Origin: Candidatus Latescibacterota bacterium
Lineage (GTDB): Bacteria; Latescibacterota; UBA2968; UBA8231
Direction of reading: 5' to 3'
Length of the DNA stretch: 64,000 nucleotides
Assembly (NCBI GenBank): GCA_965203355.1
Contig: OZ241889.1
Coordinates: forward strand, 1,376,001 to 1,440,000
Each line of letters begins with the position of its first letter. Position 1 is the first letter of the stretch. Position numbers and translations under genes: made by a program. The notes under the pieces were generated by a model. That model was not told the origin of the DNA. It was given only the letters and a program-made list of their open reading frames with translations, and did no database searches. Below, in pieces: positions 1 to 8,712 of the stretch.

Positions 1-175
1 AAAAGGGAAAAGTGACAGAAGAAAATGAACTTAGCCTTATCACTAAGCCGTTACGTTCTTGCGTTTTTGCTACCGTTGAGTAAGACGAATCCCGCGCGGC
101 GAGAGCGAGGCTACGACGTCGCCGGCCGATAACCGTGCGGCTATCGAGAAGGGGTTTCGTTTGTGATGTGGATGG

Positions 176-207
176 GTGGTCAGTGGCCGGTGGCCAGTGG
201 TCGGTGG
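176..207. repeat. Heptamer tandem repeat (GTGGYCR)x4
   Basis: gtggtca gtggccg gtggcca gtggtcg gtgg; same unit recurs at 46053-46186. Confidence 0.7.
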
Positions 208-639
208 AGCTTACCGACGCGGCCGGGCAGAGCAATGCCTCTTCCCGCTTCCGTAGAGGAAGGGGAGCGAGGCGAATAGGTTGGTGAGTGAAGCTAGGGC
301 TTAATGCCCAAGAAAATTCGGGGGGGGGGGTAAGTCATTGTTTTTTAACGACTTATGACGATTAAGTCTCGGCGTTATCGCAAGCGTAGAACAAGGCACC
401 GCTCCCGTCGATAGTGTTCTTTGTGCTATTGACGTTGTGCCCATGTCCTGTTAATCCGACTAAGAATGCCGCAAGCAGCGGGGGTTCTATACCCAAACGC
501 GCCGCGCCGCTGTGAATTGCAAGTCCTAATTTTATGAATTTCAGCAAAGGCTTGTCAAGTTCCTGAACCCCGGCACCCCAAGCTCGACTTCAACCGTACC
601 GCGACAATTGGAGATTGCAAAATGTACCACGACCCAGTT

Positions 640-1080
640 TTAGCCCGCTCCCGTCGAGCCAAAGCCGCCGCTGCCGCGCTCGGTTTTCGCGAGCGTCTCG
701 ACCTCGCTCCACTCGCCGCGCGTCACCGGCGCGAAAATGAGCTGGGCAATGCGGTCACCCGGTCCAATGCGCTGCTCTTCGGACGAAAAATTGACCATGA
801 TGACGCCGACTTCGCCCCGGTAGTCGGCGTCTATTGTGCCTGGGGCGTTGAGCAGCGTTAGGCCGCGCTTGAGGGCCAAGCCACTGCGCGGCCTAACCTG
901 TGCCTCGTAGCCCGGCGGGATTTCGAGGAATAGGCCAGTGGGAATGAGGCCGCGCTCGCCGGGAGCTAACACCACTTCTTCTGCTAGCGCGGCGCGCAAG
1001 TCGAGGCCCGCACTGTGCGCCGTCTCATAGGTGGGCAGTGGTTGGCCGCCCTTGTTGATCACTTTCACTTGAATAGTCAT
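640..1080 (-). CDS. dut: dUTP diphosphatase
   Basis: dUTPase motifs AGLDL, RSGLA, GTIDADYRGE, RIAQL, RGSGGFGSTG. Confidence 0.97.
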   Translation of the reverse strand: MTIQVKVINKGGQPLPTYETAHSAGLDLRAALAEEVVLAPGERGLIPTGLFLEIPPGYEAQVRPRSGLALKRGLTLLNAPGTIDADYRGEVGVIMVNFSSEEQRIGPGDRIAQLIFAPVTRGEWSEVETLAKTERGSGGFGSTGAG

Positions 1081-2279
1081 AAAACCTCTAGCGTCGTCTG
1101 GTGCCGGTCGCGCCAGCGCTGTCGAAGGTCTCGCATGTACACCGCCCCCAACACATAGGCCGTTGAGGCGATGAGGCTGAGGAGGCCGGCGATAAATACG
1201 ATCAGTACGCGCTGGGGCTTGGCCTTGATTTCGGGGGGCGTGGCTGGGTCGAGTATCTGTACGGTCGAAGTGGCGTCCTTGGCTTCGATCAAGGCTTGCG
1301 CTTCCTGTTGCAGCAGGACCAGCAAAAGGGAGGTCTGCACGAGGACATCCTTTTCGAGGGTCGCGTACTTTTGGGCCACGCCTGGGATCTGCTTTAGCGG
1401 CAGGAAGAGGTTTTCATCTAGCCCTAGTTGCAGCGGTTTGTTTTGCAATAGGGTGTTGTCAGCGGGCTTGAGGCCGTCGCGCAAGAAAGCCATGGTCGCC
1501 TGGCGCAGCAGGATTTCGCGCTCGAGCTTTTTGACCTTGTCGTGGTTGGGATCTAGCCCCGATTGAATGAGCCGTTGGCGCTCAATTTCGAGTTCCATCG
1601 CCGCGGTCAGCATCGAGGTGGCCGTTAGAATCACAGCGCGGGCTTGGTCGGCGATCGAGATGGCATTGTGATCGGACTGGAACTGCTCCAGCCGCTTCAT
1701 TTTGTCCTCTAGCTTTTTATCCTCTTCTTGCAAGATCCCGCGAATAAAATTCAAGCGCTCGGAGGCGGTCTTGTGCGAGAACCGCTTGTTGGTGCTATCG
1801 AGTAGGACGATGTAGTAATTGGCCATGTCGGCGGCCATTTGCGGATCTTTGTCTAACACGGATACCGAAAGCATACCCTCTTCGGTCATGTCGGCCGTGG
1901 TATTGTCGGCGAGGGTCTCAAGCGCGTTGGTCAGCATGCGCGCCTCGTAGTGCTGCATCAAGCCAAACTTCTCAACCATCCGCCGCCGGGCCGTAAGGCT
2001 CCTGATGGTGGCGAGAGAAATGTCAGATGGCGTGCCTCTTTCCCCGAGGCGCAAGGTGGGTATGGGCAAGGAAGAGAGCAGGCTGGAAAAACCGAAACTC
2101 TGCTTCTCTTCGCGCGGAGGCAGGATTTGCACAGTGGCCTCGTATTCCTTGGGCAAGAGAAAACTGAGGCCACCGGCTAAAACGCAGATGGCCAAGGTGC
2201 CGCCGATGATCAGCCAGCGGCCCGAGTGCAGTGCCGTTAGCAGATCGATGATGTCGATTTCTTTTTTTGCGGAATTCAT
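1077..2279 (-). CDS. Polysaccharide chain-length determinant (Wzz/GumC/GNVR-type)
   Basis: N-terminal EIDIIDLL plus TM helix, coiled-coil periplasmic region, ILDPATPPEIKAKP plus C-terminal TM; no kinase domain. Confidence 0.88.
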   Translation of the reverse strand: MNSAKKEIDIIDLLTALHSGRWLIIGGTLAICVLAGGLSFLLPKEYEATVQILPPREEKQSFGFSSLLSSLPIPTLRLGERGTPSDISLATIRSLTARRRMVEKFGLMQHYEARMLTNALETLADNTTADMTEEGMLSVSVLDKDPQMAADMANYYIVLLDSTNKRFSHKTASERLNFIRGILQEEDKKLEDKMKRLEQFQSDHNAISIADQARAVILTATSMLTAAMELEIERQRLIQSGLDPNHDKVKKLEREILLRQATMAFLRDGLKPADNTLLQNKPLQLGLDENLFLPLKQIPGVAQKYATLEKDVLVQTSLLLVLLQQEAQALIEAKDATSTVQILDPATPPEIKAKPQRVLIVFIAGLLSLIASTAYVLGAVYMRDLRQRWRDRHQTTLEVL

Positions 2280-2340
2280 TAAGTAGTGCTCCTTGAGATC
2301 CTTTGTCTAAATAGACCGCACCGATAGGACGGGTCGATTA

Positions 2341-4083
2341 TCACCTCGCCGCCGCCTGCACCGCCAGGACGAGGGCGAGGACGCTGGCGGCGGTGCGAAT
2401 AGTCTCCTGAGTGAGTGCCCAGTAGCTGATGCGTTCTTTCTGGGGCACCCATATTTCGTCGCCGACCTCGACTAACAGGTTGTGCTTGAGTTTCTCGCGG
2501 ACGCCCGTGCGCGCCCGGATTAGGCGGGCATTGCGTTTGTCGGCGTCGTACAAATATCCGCCGGCCTTGGCTATGTAGTAGCGCACGTTGCGGCCTATCT
2601 CGTAGTCGATCAACCCCGCCCGTTGCACTTGGCCACTGACGCTGATGGTGTGCCGCTGCATGGGGAAAAAGATCATATCGCCGCTGGCCAGCAGGATGTT
2701 TTGCCCCTCGTCACCATCCACAAACAGCCGCTCGAAATCGACCGCGAGCCGCCCCTTTTCCTCGCGAGTTTTGGTTTTGAGATAAGCCCGATCCTCAATG
2801 TTCATATAGGTGAGGCCCGCCACCTCGCTCTGTCTTTTTAGCTGCTCTAGCTGCGGATCTCTCTCGGCCCGTACCTTGGTGCGGATCACGCGGGCACCGA
2901 TGAGCGACGCTTCGTCGGTGAGGCCACCGGCCGCGGCCACCACGTCCTTGATGCGGGTAACTCCGGGCTCGATGCGGTAGCGGCCTTGGAACGCGACCTC
3001 GCCGGAGATCACCACCGAATGCGTGGACTGCCACAGCGATCGCGCGCGGATGAAGACGGCGTCGTTAGGGCGCAACTCAACATGGCGGATGGTCTCGAAA
3101 TCCAACGCCTCCATGGCTTCTTTATCGCCGCTCAGCTCCATGATTTCGGCCTGCTCGGTGCCCTCCTGAAAGCGCCAGAGTTCGGCGCTGATCAGCGGCT
3201 TGGAGCGATTCAAGCCCTTGGCCAGTGTCACTAGGTCGCCGAGGGTGTCCCCGGGTAGGAACTCGTATTCGCCCGCTTCGTTGACCGCGCCGAAGATGGA
3301 CACCGAATGCTTGCGAAACGAGACATGGACGACGTCGCCCATGCGCACGTAGGGATTGTGCGCGAGGTCGCCGGTGGCGAGGAACATATCGAGATCCACG
3401 CGCTCGCTGGTGCCGTCGCGGTGGAGCAGTTGGATGGAGCGCCGCCCGGTGTTGCGGTTGGCCTGCTGATCTTGCAACGCAATCCTTTGCAAGCGGTCCC
3501 TAAAGCCGCCGGCCTGATTGATTATGTCGGCAACCCGCGTGGTCGGATGGATGGTGAAGCTGCCCTCGTCGATCACCGCGCCAGTGACGTACGCGGTGAA
3601 GAAGCGCATACTCACGAGAGAGATGCTGATGTCCACGCCAGGGTACTTTTTTTGCGTTGCGGCAGCGAGCAGCGCTTTGGCTGCGGTCAGCGACAGGCCC
3701 GAAATGTGAAACGAGCCGACGGTGGGGATGAGGACATTGCCCTCTGGATCGACCTGCAAGGTGTAGAGCTGATCGAATTCGCCCCAGATGTAGAGTTGCA
3801 ATACGTCGTTGGGACCGACGATGTACGCGTCTGGGTCTATATCCCGGTCCTGACCAATGCGCGTCTTGTCCTCGCCTAAACTGCCGGGTAGGCGCGCCTT
3901 ACCGGAGACCTGCTCCAGATCTAGATCCGGGAGGTCGGCCGCGGAAAAAGCCTGTAGTCCGGTTCCACCACCCCCCAGATTGATCAGATTTTCCAAGTTT
4001 CCTAAGCCTTGTTGGGCGCTGGCTGGCCCTGCTAGCCCGCAAAAGACCAAGGCGCAAGCAAGGGCAAAAATGCTCGTTGGCAT
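2341..4083 (-). CDS. Polysaccharide export protein with SLBB repeats (Wza/KpsD-like)
   Basis: Signal peptide, YIVGPNDVLQLYIWG Poly_export motif, repeated VxGxV..G.Y SLBB units. Confidence 0.9.
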   Translation of the reverse strand: MPTSIFALACALVFCGLAGPASAQQGLGNLENLINLGGGGTGLQAFSAADLPDLDLEQVSGKARLPGSLGEDKTRIGQDRDIDPDAYIVGPNDVLQLYIWGEFDQLYTLQVDPEGNVLIPTVGSFHISGLSLTAAKALLAAATQKKYPGVDISISLVSMRFFTAYVTGAVIDEGSFTIHPTTRVADIINQAGGFRDRLQRIALQDQQANRNTGRRSIQLLHRDGTSERVDLDMFLATGDLAHNPYVRMGDVVHVSFRKHSVSIFGAVNEAGEYEFLPGDTLGDLVTLAKGLNRSKPLISAELWRFQEGTEQAEIMELSGDKEAMEALDFETIRHVELRPNDAVFIRARSLWQSTHSVVISGEVAFQGRYRIEPGVTRIKDVVAAAGGLTDEASLIGARVIRTKVRAERDPQLEQLKRQSEVAGLTYMNIEDRAYLKTKTREEKGRLAVDFERLFVDGDEGQNILLASGDMIFFPMQRHTISVSGQVQRAGLIDYEIGRNVRYYIAKAGGYLYDADKRNARLIRARTGVREKLKHNLLVEVGDEIWVPQKERISYWALTQETIRTAASVLALVLAVQAAAR

Positions 4084-4121
4084 GGTTCCTCCTGTTTACC
4101 TAATTGCGCTGATAGTATTTC

Positions 4122-4877
4122 TCATACGGCAGTTTCCAAGTAGCGTGCCCAATTGGCCGCGGCCTCCTCGGCCGTGAACCCGATGAGTTCAGCTAGTTTG
4201 GCGGCGACGGCTACCACCCTCGCCGGATGGCCGGCGACCCCGCCGATGGGCACGGGGGCGTCCGTCTCCAACAGCAGCAACTCGCGTTCAATCTCGGCGA
4301 CCACGGCTTGGGTCTGCGGATCGCACAGGACGGATGGACCGACGGAGACGTAGATCCGCTCCGCACGGCAGATCCGCACGAGTTTTTTGGATTGGGTGAA
4401 CCAGTGAAGCTGGGCGTTGAGTTGGGTGCGGCGGCGAAATGCTACGGCCTGCTCCAAGGTCTGCCGCTGAGCGCGGCGCGAGTGCAGGTTGATCGGCTTG
4501 CCGCACTGTGCCGCCAGATCGAGTTGCTGGGCGAGGACATCCTGCTGCCGGGCCTGCTGCTCCGGGCTGACCGCCCATTTGTAGTCGAGGCCGACTTCGC
4601 CGAGGACATCGGCCTCGGGCAGATGCGCCGCCAGATAGGCGAGCCCTTCGGCGAGTTCGGTGTCCGCAGCTTGGGTGACCCATGCTGGATGTAAGCCCAG
4701 CCCGGCCAGCACTTGGCCCGGGTGCCGCTGCTTGAGCGCGAGTACCGCACGCATGGAACTGGCACTTTCGCTGACGGCGACGACCTGCTCCACCCCGGCT
4801 TGAGCGGCGGCCGCGAGTACGGCATCGGCATCGGCATCGGCAAACTGGTCGAGATGACAGTGGCTGTCGACGAGCAT
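4122..4877 (-). CDS. tatD: TatD family deoxyribonuclease
   Basis: DSHCHLD, GLHP, GEVGLDY, LHSR, LLLETDAP motifs. Confidence 0.92.
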   Translation of the reverse strand: MLVDSHCHLDQFADADADAVLAAAAQAGVEQVVAVSESASSMRAVLALKQRHPGQVLAGLGLHPAWVTQAADTELAEGLAYLAAHLPEADVLGEVGLDYKWAVSPEQQARQQDVLAQQLDLAAQCGKPINLHSRRAQRQTLEQAVAFRRRTQLNAQLHWFTQSKKLVRICRAERIYVSVGPSVLCDPQTQAVVAEIERELLLLETDAPVPIGGVAGHPARVVAVAAKLAELIGFTAEEAAANWARYLETAV

Positions 4878-5825
4878 CTAGACCAGGCCTGCGGTCTCGT
4901 CGCAGCCGAGCATCAAGTTGAGGCACTGCACGGCATTGCCCGACGCTCCTTTGCCGAGATTGTCGAGCCGCCCGACCAGCACCAATCCCTGCTTTGGATC
5001 GCCCCAGACCGATAGCTCGACGAAATTGGTATGGCTCAATCCGGTTAGGTCGAGGAATTTGTCGTCGCGCAGCACCGCGTCTTGAGGCGCGACCACCTGT
5101 ACAAAGGGACAGTCCGCGTAGTATGCACGCCAGACTTCGCACACGGCTGCGCGATCGACGTGGGGACGGGCGAAAAATTCCGCGGGCAGTGGCGTGCTGA
5201 CGACCATGCCGCAGAACGAATGATCGACGGACGGCACAAAGAGCGGCTGCTTTTCGCACCCGCTGAATTGCCAGATCTCGGGCAAGTGCTTGTGTGCGCT
5301 GTCGAGGCCGTACAGGCAGAAAGGCTTGTGATCGCCCTCGCCTTCGTATTCGGCGATCATGGACCGCCCGCCGCCGGAATAGCCGGACACCGCGTTGATG
5401 GTCAGCGGCGCGGTGGGCCGGAGCAGCCCCTGCGCGATGAGGGGCCGCACGGCGAGGATGAAACCAACGGGATAACAACCGCAGTTGGCGACTTGCTGGG
5501 CGCGGCGAATTTGCTCTTTGTGCGCAGGTGAAATCTCGGGCAGTCCATAGACCCATTTGGCGTGGACCCGACGCGCCGTGCTTGTGTCGATGACCTTGGT
5601 CCGCGGATTTTCGAGCAAGGCGAGGGCATCGGCGGCTGCGTCGTCGGGCAGGCAGAGGACGCACAAGTCCGCGCGATTGAGGAACTCGGCGCGTACGCCC
5701 GGGTCTCGGCGATGCTCCGGTGGAATGAGCAACACCTCCACATCCTCGCGCCCGGCTAGCATCTGGCGAATGCGCAGCCCGGTCGTCCCTTCTTGGCCGT
5801 CTATGTAAATCGCCGGCTTTTTCAT
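4878..5825 (-). CDS. argC: N-acetyl-gamma-glutamyl-phosphate reductase (type 2)
   Basis: IYIDGQEGTTGL start, ANCGCYP catalytic Cys, AVSGYSGGG, LDNLGKGASG. Confidence 0.95.
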   Translation of the reverse strand: MKKPAIYIDGQEGTTGLRIRQMLAGREDVEVLLIPPEHRRDPGVRAEFLNRADLCVLCLPDDAAADALALLENPRTKVIDTSTARRVHAKWVYGLPEISPAHKEQIRRAQQVANCGCYPVGFILAVRPLIAQGLLRPTAPLTINAVSGYSGGGRSMIAEYEGEGDHKPFCLYGLDSAHKHLPEIWQFSGCEKQPLFVPSVDHSFCGMVVSTPLPAEFFARPHVDRAAVCEVWRAYYADCPFVQVVAPQDAVLRDDKFLDLTGLSHTNFVELSVWGDPKQGLVLVGRLDNLGKGASGNAVQCLNLMLGCDETAGLV

Positions 5826-5831
5826 GGGAAC

Positions 5832-6083
5832 TTATTTTGGCCCCTTGGCGATGGTGCCGGTGAGCAACCGCGGAAACCCGGCCAACAGCGGAATCGCCGC
5901 TGCAATAAGCGACTGCACGGGTAGCATTGCTTGGTCGATAAAAAAGAAGAAGTAGAGAAAGGTCAAAACGCCGCATAGGGCGAATAGCTTGACGATGCCG
6001 GGCCCTTGGCGCGGGATGTCGCGGATTACAGCGGGCAGGGTCTGCTCTTCGTCAAAGCAGGGAATCTGCACGATTAGCTTCAT
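5832..6083 (-). pseudogene. Internally deleted family-2 glycosyltransferase remnant
   Basis: MKLIVQIPCFDEEQTLPAVIRDIPR is a GT2 N-terminus joined directly to a C-terminal TM-like segment (FLYFFF...VQSLIAAAI); catalytic core absent, 83 aa. Confidence 0.7.
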
Positions 6084-6971
6084 TCACCCCCAGCTTTCCT
6101 GCCGGATTTGCTTTTTGTCCAGCCCGTGCTCCTGCAAGAGCGCGACCATGTTTTCGACGAAGCGCGGCTCGGGGGTCTCGCCTTTGGCCCTAGCGGCCTT
6201 GCGCTCGTGCGGCGTGATGCCCGGACCGCAGCTATAGGCCAGTACGCTGGAGGGATCCGGGGCGATCTCGCGCAAAAGTTCCCCAGCGATGCGTCCTTGG
6301 CGGGCACCGCGAATGCCAGCGGGGTCTTCGCGGGTGATGCAGTGAATCACGTCGAGTCGATCGGGATACTGCGCCCGCAGCACCTCGAGTTCCTCAAAGT
6401 AAATGATGTCGCCGCGCGTCTTGTTGCTAAACAGCAAGGTGTGCCTAAGCGAATCGCCGCGGTGCAGACTTTCCTTGATCAGGCTTCGGTTGGGCACGAT
6501 GCCGCTGCCAGCGCACACGTGGAGGATGTGGTCGGTGCGCTCGCAGACATCGGCGGGAAAGGTGTACGCCCCGGTAAAACCGCTGATGACTAGCCGTCGG
6601 CCCTCGTGGATGTAGTACGTCAACAGCGGCGACAAAAGCGGTGGGTACGGGGTCTGGCCGCTCTCGTAGCGTTCTTCTTTGATCGTAATGGCGAGGTGCT
6701 CTTCGTGCGGCGCAGAGGCCATGGAATAGGCCCGCGGCTTTTCCCGCTGCCCCTTTTGATCTTCTAGATAGGCGGTGAAATGCGCTAGCTCGCCGAACTG
6801 ATGGGGATCAATGGTGCAGAAGTGCCCGGCCTCGTATTCGATTGGATCGTCGCCAGCGGACATAAAGAGCGTGGTGGTGTCTGGGGTGTCGCGGCGCACG
6901 TGGACGACCTCCACCTCCAGCGCCCGGACCCGACGCCTTGGCGTGCGCGTTGTTTGCTCTGAGGTGTTCAT
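6084..6971 (-). CDS. FAD/NAD(P)-binding oxidoreductase (ferredoxin-NADP reductase-like)
   Basis: RAYSMAS FAD motif, CAGSGIVP, YSCGP, C-terminal ESWG. Confidence 0.88.
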   Translation of the reverse strand: MNTSEQTTRTPRRRVRALEVEVVHVRRDTPDTTTLFMSAGDDPIEYEAGHFCTIDPHQFGELAHFTAYLEDQKGQREKPRAYSMASAPHEEHLAITIKEERYESGQTPYPPLLSPLLTYYIHEGRRLVISGFTGAYTFPADVCERTDHILHVCAGSGIVPNRSLIKESLHRGDSLRHTLLFSNKTRGDIIYFEELEVLRAQYPDRLDVIHCITREDPAGIRGARQGRIAGELLREIAPDPSSVLAYSCGPGITPHERKAARAKGETPEPRFVENMVALLQEHGLDKKQIRQESWG

Positions 6972-6972
6972 A

Positions 6973-7239
6973 CTAGCGCTTCCTAGCCAAATGCGCTTTC
7001 ATCTTTTCGATCAGGGCCTCGTCGTCTGCCGACGAGGCCACCATCTCCGCGAATGCTGCGGCTGTCAACTCCACTTCCTCCAGGAAGTGCTGGTCGGCCG
7101 GTCAGGGAAATACGTAGTCGCCGATGCGTTGCTGTTGGTAGGCCCGCGCTTTGTCGGCGATTCGCGCCAGCCAGGGAATGTCGCCGATGATCATTCCTCG
7201 GGCCCGGGGCTTGAAGTCGAGCGTGTTCCACTCGCTCAT
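6973..7239 (-). CDS. DUF5069-like probable selenoprotein, 88 aa, UGA (7102-7104) read as Sec46
   Basis: GGAGG RBS; ATG overlaps upstream TGA; WLARIADKARA...IGDYVFP-TGA-PADQHFLEEVELTAAAF...DDEALIEKMKAHLARKR stays open to a TAG 1 nt before the next ATG; hairpin 3' of the UGA. Confidence 0.8.
7059..7101 (-). promoter_or_regulatory. Candidate bacterial SECIS element
   Basis: 12 nt after UGA: CACUUCC-UGGA-GGAAGUG 7-bp stem, extendable by CGAC/GUUG and CGGC/GCCG. Confidence 0.65.
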
Positions 7240-8291
7240 AAGGTACCTCCGCGTGGTGATAGACAAAATTGCAACCGGCTTCTGAACTCGGCTGCACTTG
7301 GGTCTGTGCTCAAGCCCTGAGCCAACATGGCCGCGCATTGCCGCAGCCGCGCATAGGGCCTTTTCCAGCGTTGGCGCAAGGCCAGCGCGTGCGGCCCGCC
7401 ATTGAGCGCTGCACACAACAGGGCCGCGCTGTTTAAGAGAAAAAAGATGCGGTGATAATCGAGCGCCCGCGCACCGTCGCCGCGCCCGGATACTTCGGCG
7501 TATAAACGCGCTGCGGGCGCGTCCAGCAGCGAGCCCATGCGCCCATCCTGCCGCCCGCTGCCCATGCTAGTAGTATACTGCGTCAAACGCCTTTCCGTCC
7601 AGTCCCAACCCATTTTGGCAAATTCGAGAAAGTAAACGCGCGTGCCCTCCGGCCCGACGATTGCATTGCGCGCATTGTAATCTAGGCTGCCCAGCGAAAC
7701 GGGGCGCGTCGCCAGCCAATCGTGCATGGATTCGAGCAGCGGTGGCAGCCCAACGTCTAGCGGGCGGCACAACTGTTCGATGCCAGCGTGCGCCCGGACT
7801 CCCGCTTCGTCCCAGGCGGCGTCCAGCGCGGCGCGGTTGGCACTGGGCACTATCCTCGGTTCTAGCTGGGCGGCGCGTTGGGCGCACGCGCGCTCAATGG
7901 CGCACAAACCGCGTATGGCTTGTAGCGTCGCCGTGCGGTCTCCATCCTGAATAGCGTCGTCAAGGGTGCGATCACCGACCCATTGCAAGAAGATGCAGTG
8001 GGCATCTGAGTCTATGCCGAGGACCGTGGGCACTAGACATCCGTCTGCGCGCAAGAAGCCGAGCACGTCCCGCTCGACTTCCAACAGGTCGTAAGCCGTG
8101 CCCTGCGTCAGCCTGCCGAAGAGCTGATGCTTAACCACGACCTTGCGGCCGTCCGCGTCTTCGACGCGCCAGACCCCTCGGGCGAGCGGAGTGATAGCGC
8201 GGACGGGCGGATACCCCGTACGCACATAGGCCGCGGCGGCCTGATCCCCGTTCACCGGCCACGGATCCTCCGCGTGGTCGGCGCGGCTCAT
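7236..8291 (-). CDS. Aminoglycoside/choline kinase-like phosphotransferase family protein
   Basis: VVVKH, E..VLGFL, LQWVGDRTL, DYNARN (Brenner-like), FLEFAKMG. Confidence 0.6.
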   Translation of the reverse strand: MSRADHAEDPWPVNGDQAAAAYVRTGYPPVRAITPLARGVWRVEDADGRKVVVKHQLFGRLTQGTAYDLLEVERDVLGFLRADGCLVPTVLGIDSDAHCIFLQWVGDRTLDDAIQDGDRTATLQAIRGLCAIERACAQRAAQLEPRIVPSANRAALDAAWDEAGVRAHAGIEQLCRPLDVGLPPLLESMHDWLATRPVSLGSLDYNARNAIVGPEGTRVYFLEFAKMGWDWTERRLTQYTTSMGSGRQDGRMGSLLDAPAARLYAEVSGRGDGARALDYHRIFFLLNSAALLCAALNGGPHALALRQRWKRPYARLRQCAAMLAQGLSTDPSAAEFRSRLQFCLSPRGGTL

Positions 8292-8665
8292 GGTTGGCTG
8301 AAGACGATGATTTGCGCGACGACTTTGCCGGCTTGGTTGTTGAAGGCTGGATTTTCGTTCATGGCCAAGAAGAGCACCCCGGCGCGGTCGGCAATAAAGT
8401 CGTAGCGGCTGCCCACGGCAAAGGTCGGCCCGTCGTCGCCGATGCGGGCGATGAGCGCACCAACGTTAGCCGCTGGCAGGAGGTACCCCTCGTCAGCCGG
8501 TAAGTTGTACAAGCCATCGGCTCCACACCAAGCGATTTGGTTGCGCAGGTCCGGCGACCAAGTTTCCTCGGCGTCGATGACGACCCGCTGGCCGCTCTCC
8601 AGCCGGATCAAGCTGTCTTGCCATTGCGGACTAGGCCGCACCGTACGCATAATTGTTACAGCCAC
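8288..8665 (-). CDS. Small PA-IL/LecA-like beta-sandwich protein
   Basis: WQDSLIRLESGQRVVIDAEETW...GALIARIG...GVLFLAMNE...NNQAG pattern. Confidence 0.55.
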   Translation of the reverse strand: MAVTIMRTVRPSPQWQDSLIRLESGQRVVIDAEETWSPDLRNQIAWCGADGLYNLPADEGYLLPAANVGALIARIGDDGPTFAVGSRYDFIADRAGVLFLAMNENPAFNNQAGKVVAQIIVFSQP

Positions 8666-8712
8666 AGCACCTTCTCGCTATCTATTTAGTTAAAGCGCGT
8701 ATTGCGATTTCA

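Noticed and set aside
362-547. 61-aa ORF or known ncRNA (6S, SRP, tmRNA)
   Set aside because: No RBS or protein motif, and no diagnostic RNA family motif recognised
4288-5976. 562-aa ORF overlapping argC/tatD
   Set aside because: Alternative-frame shadow in GC-rich DNA; Arg/Pro-rich with no motifs, while argC and tatD are clear
6983-7416. ORFs 6983..7297 and 7102..7416 as listed
   Set aside because: Better explained by the UGA-readthrough gene 7239-6973
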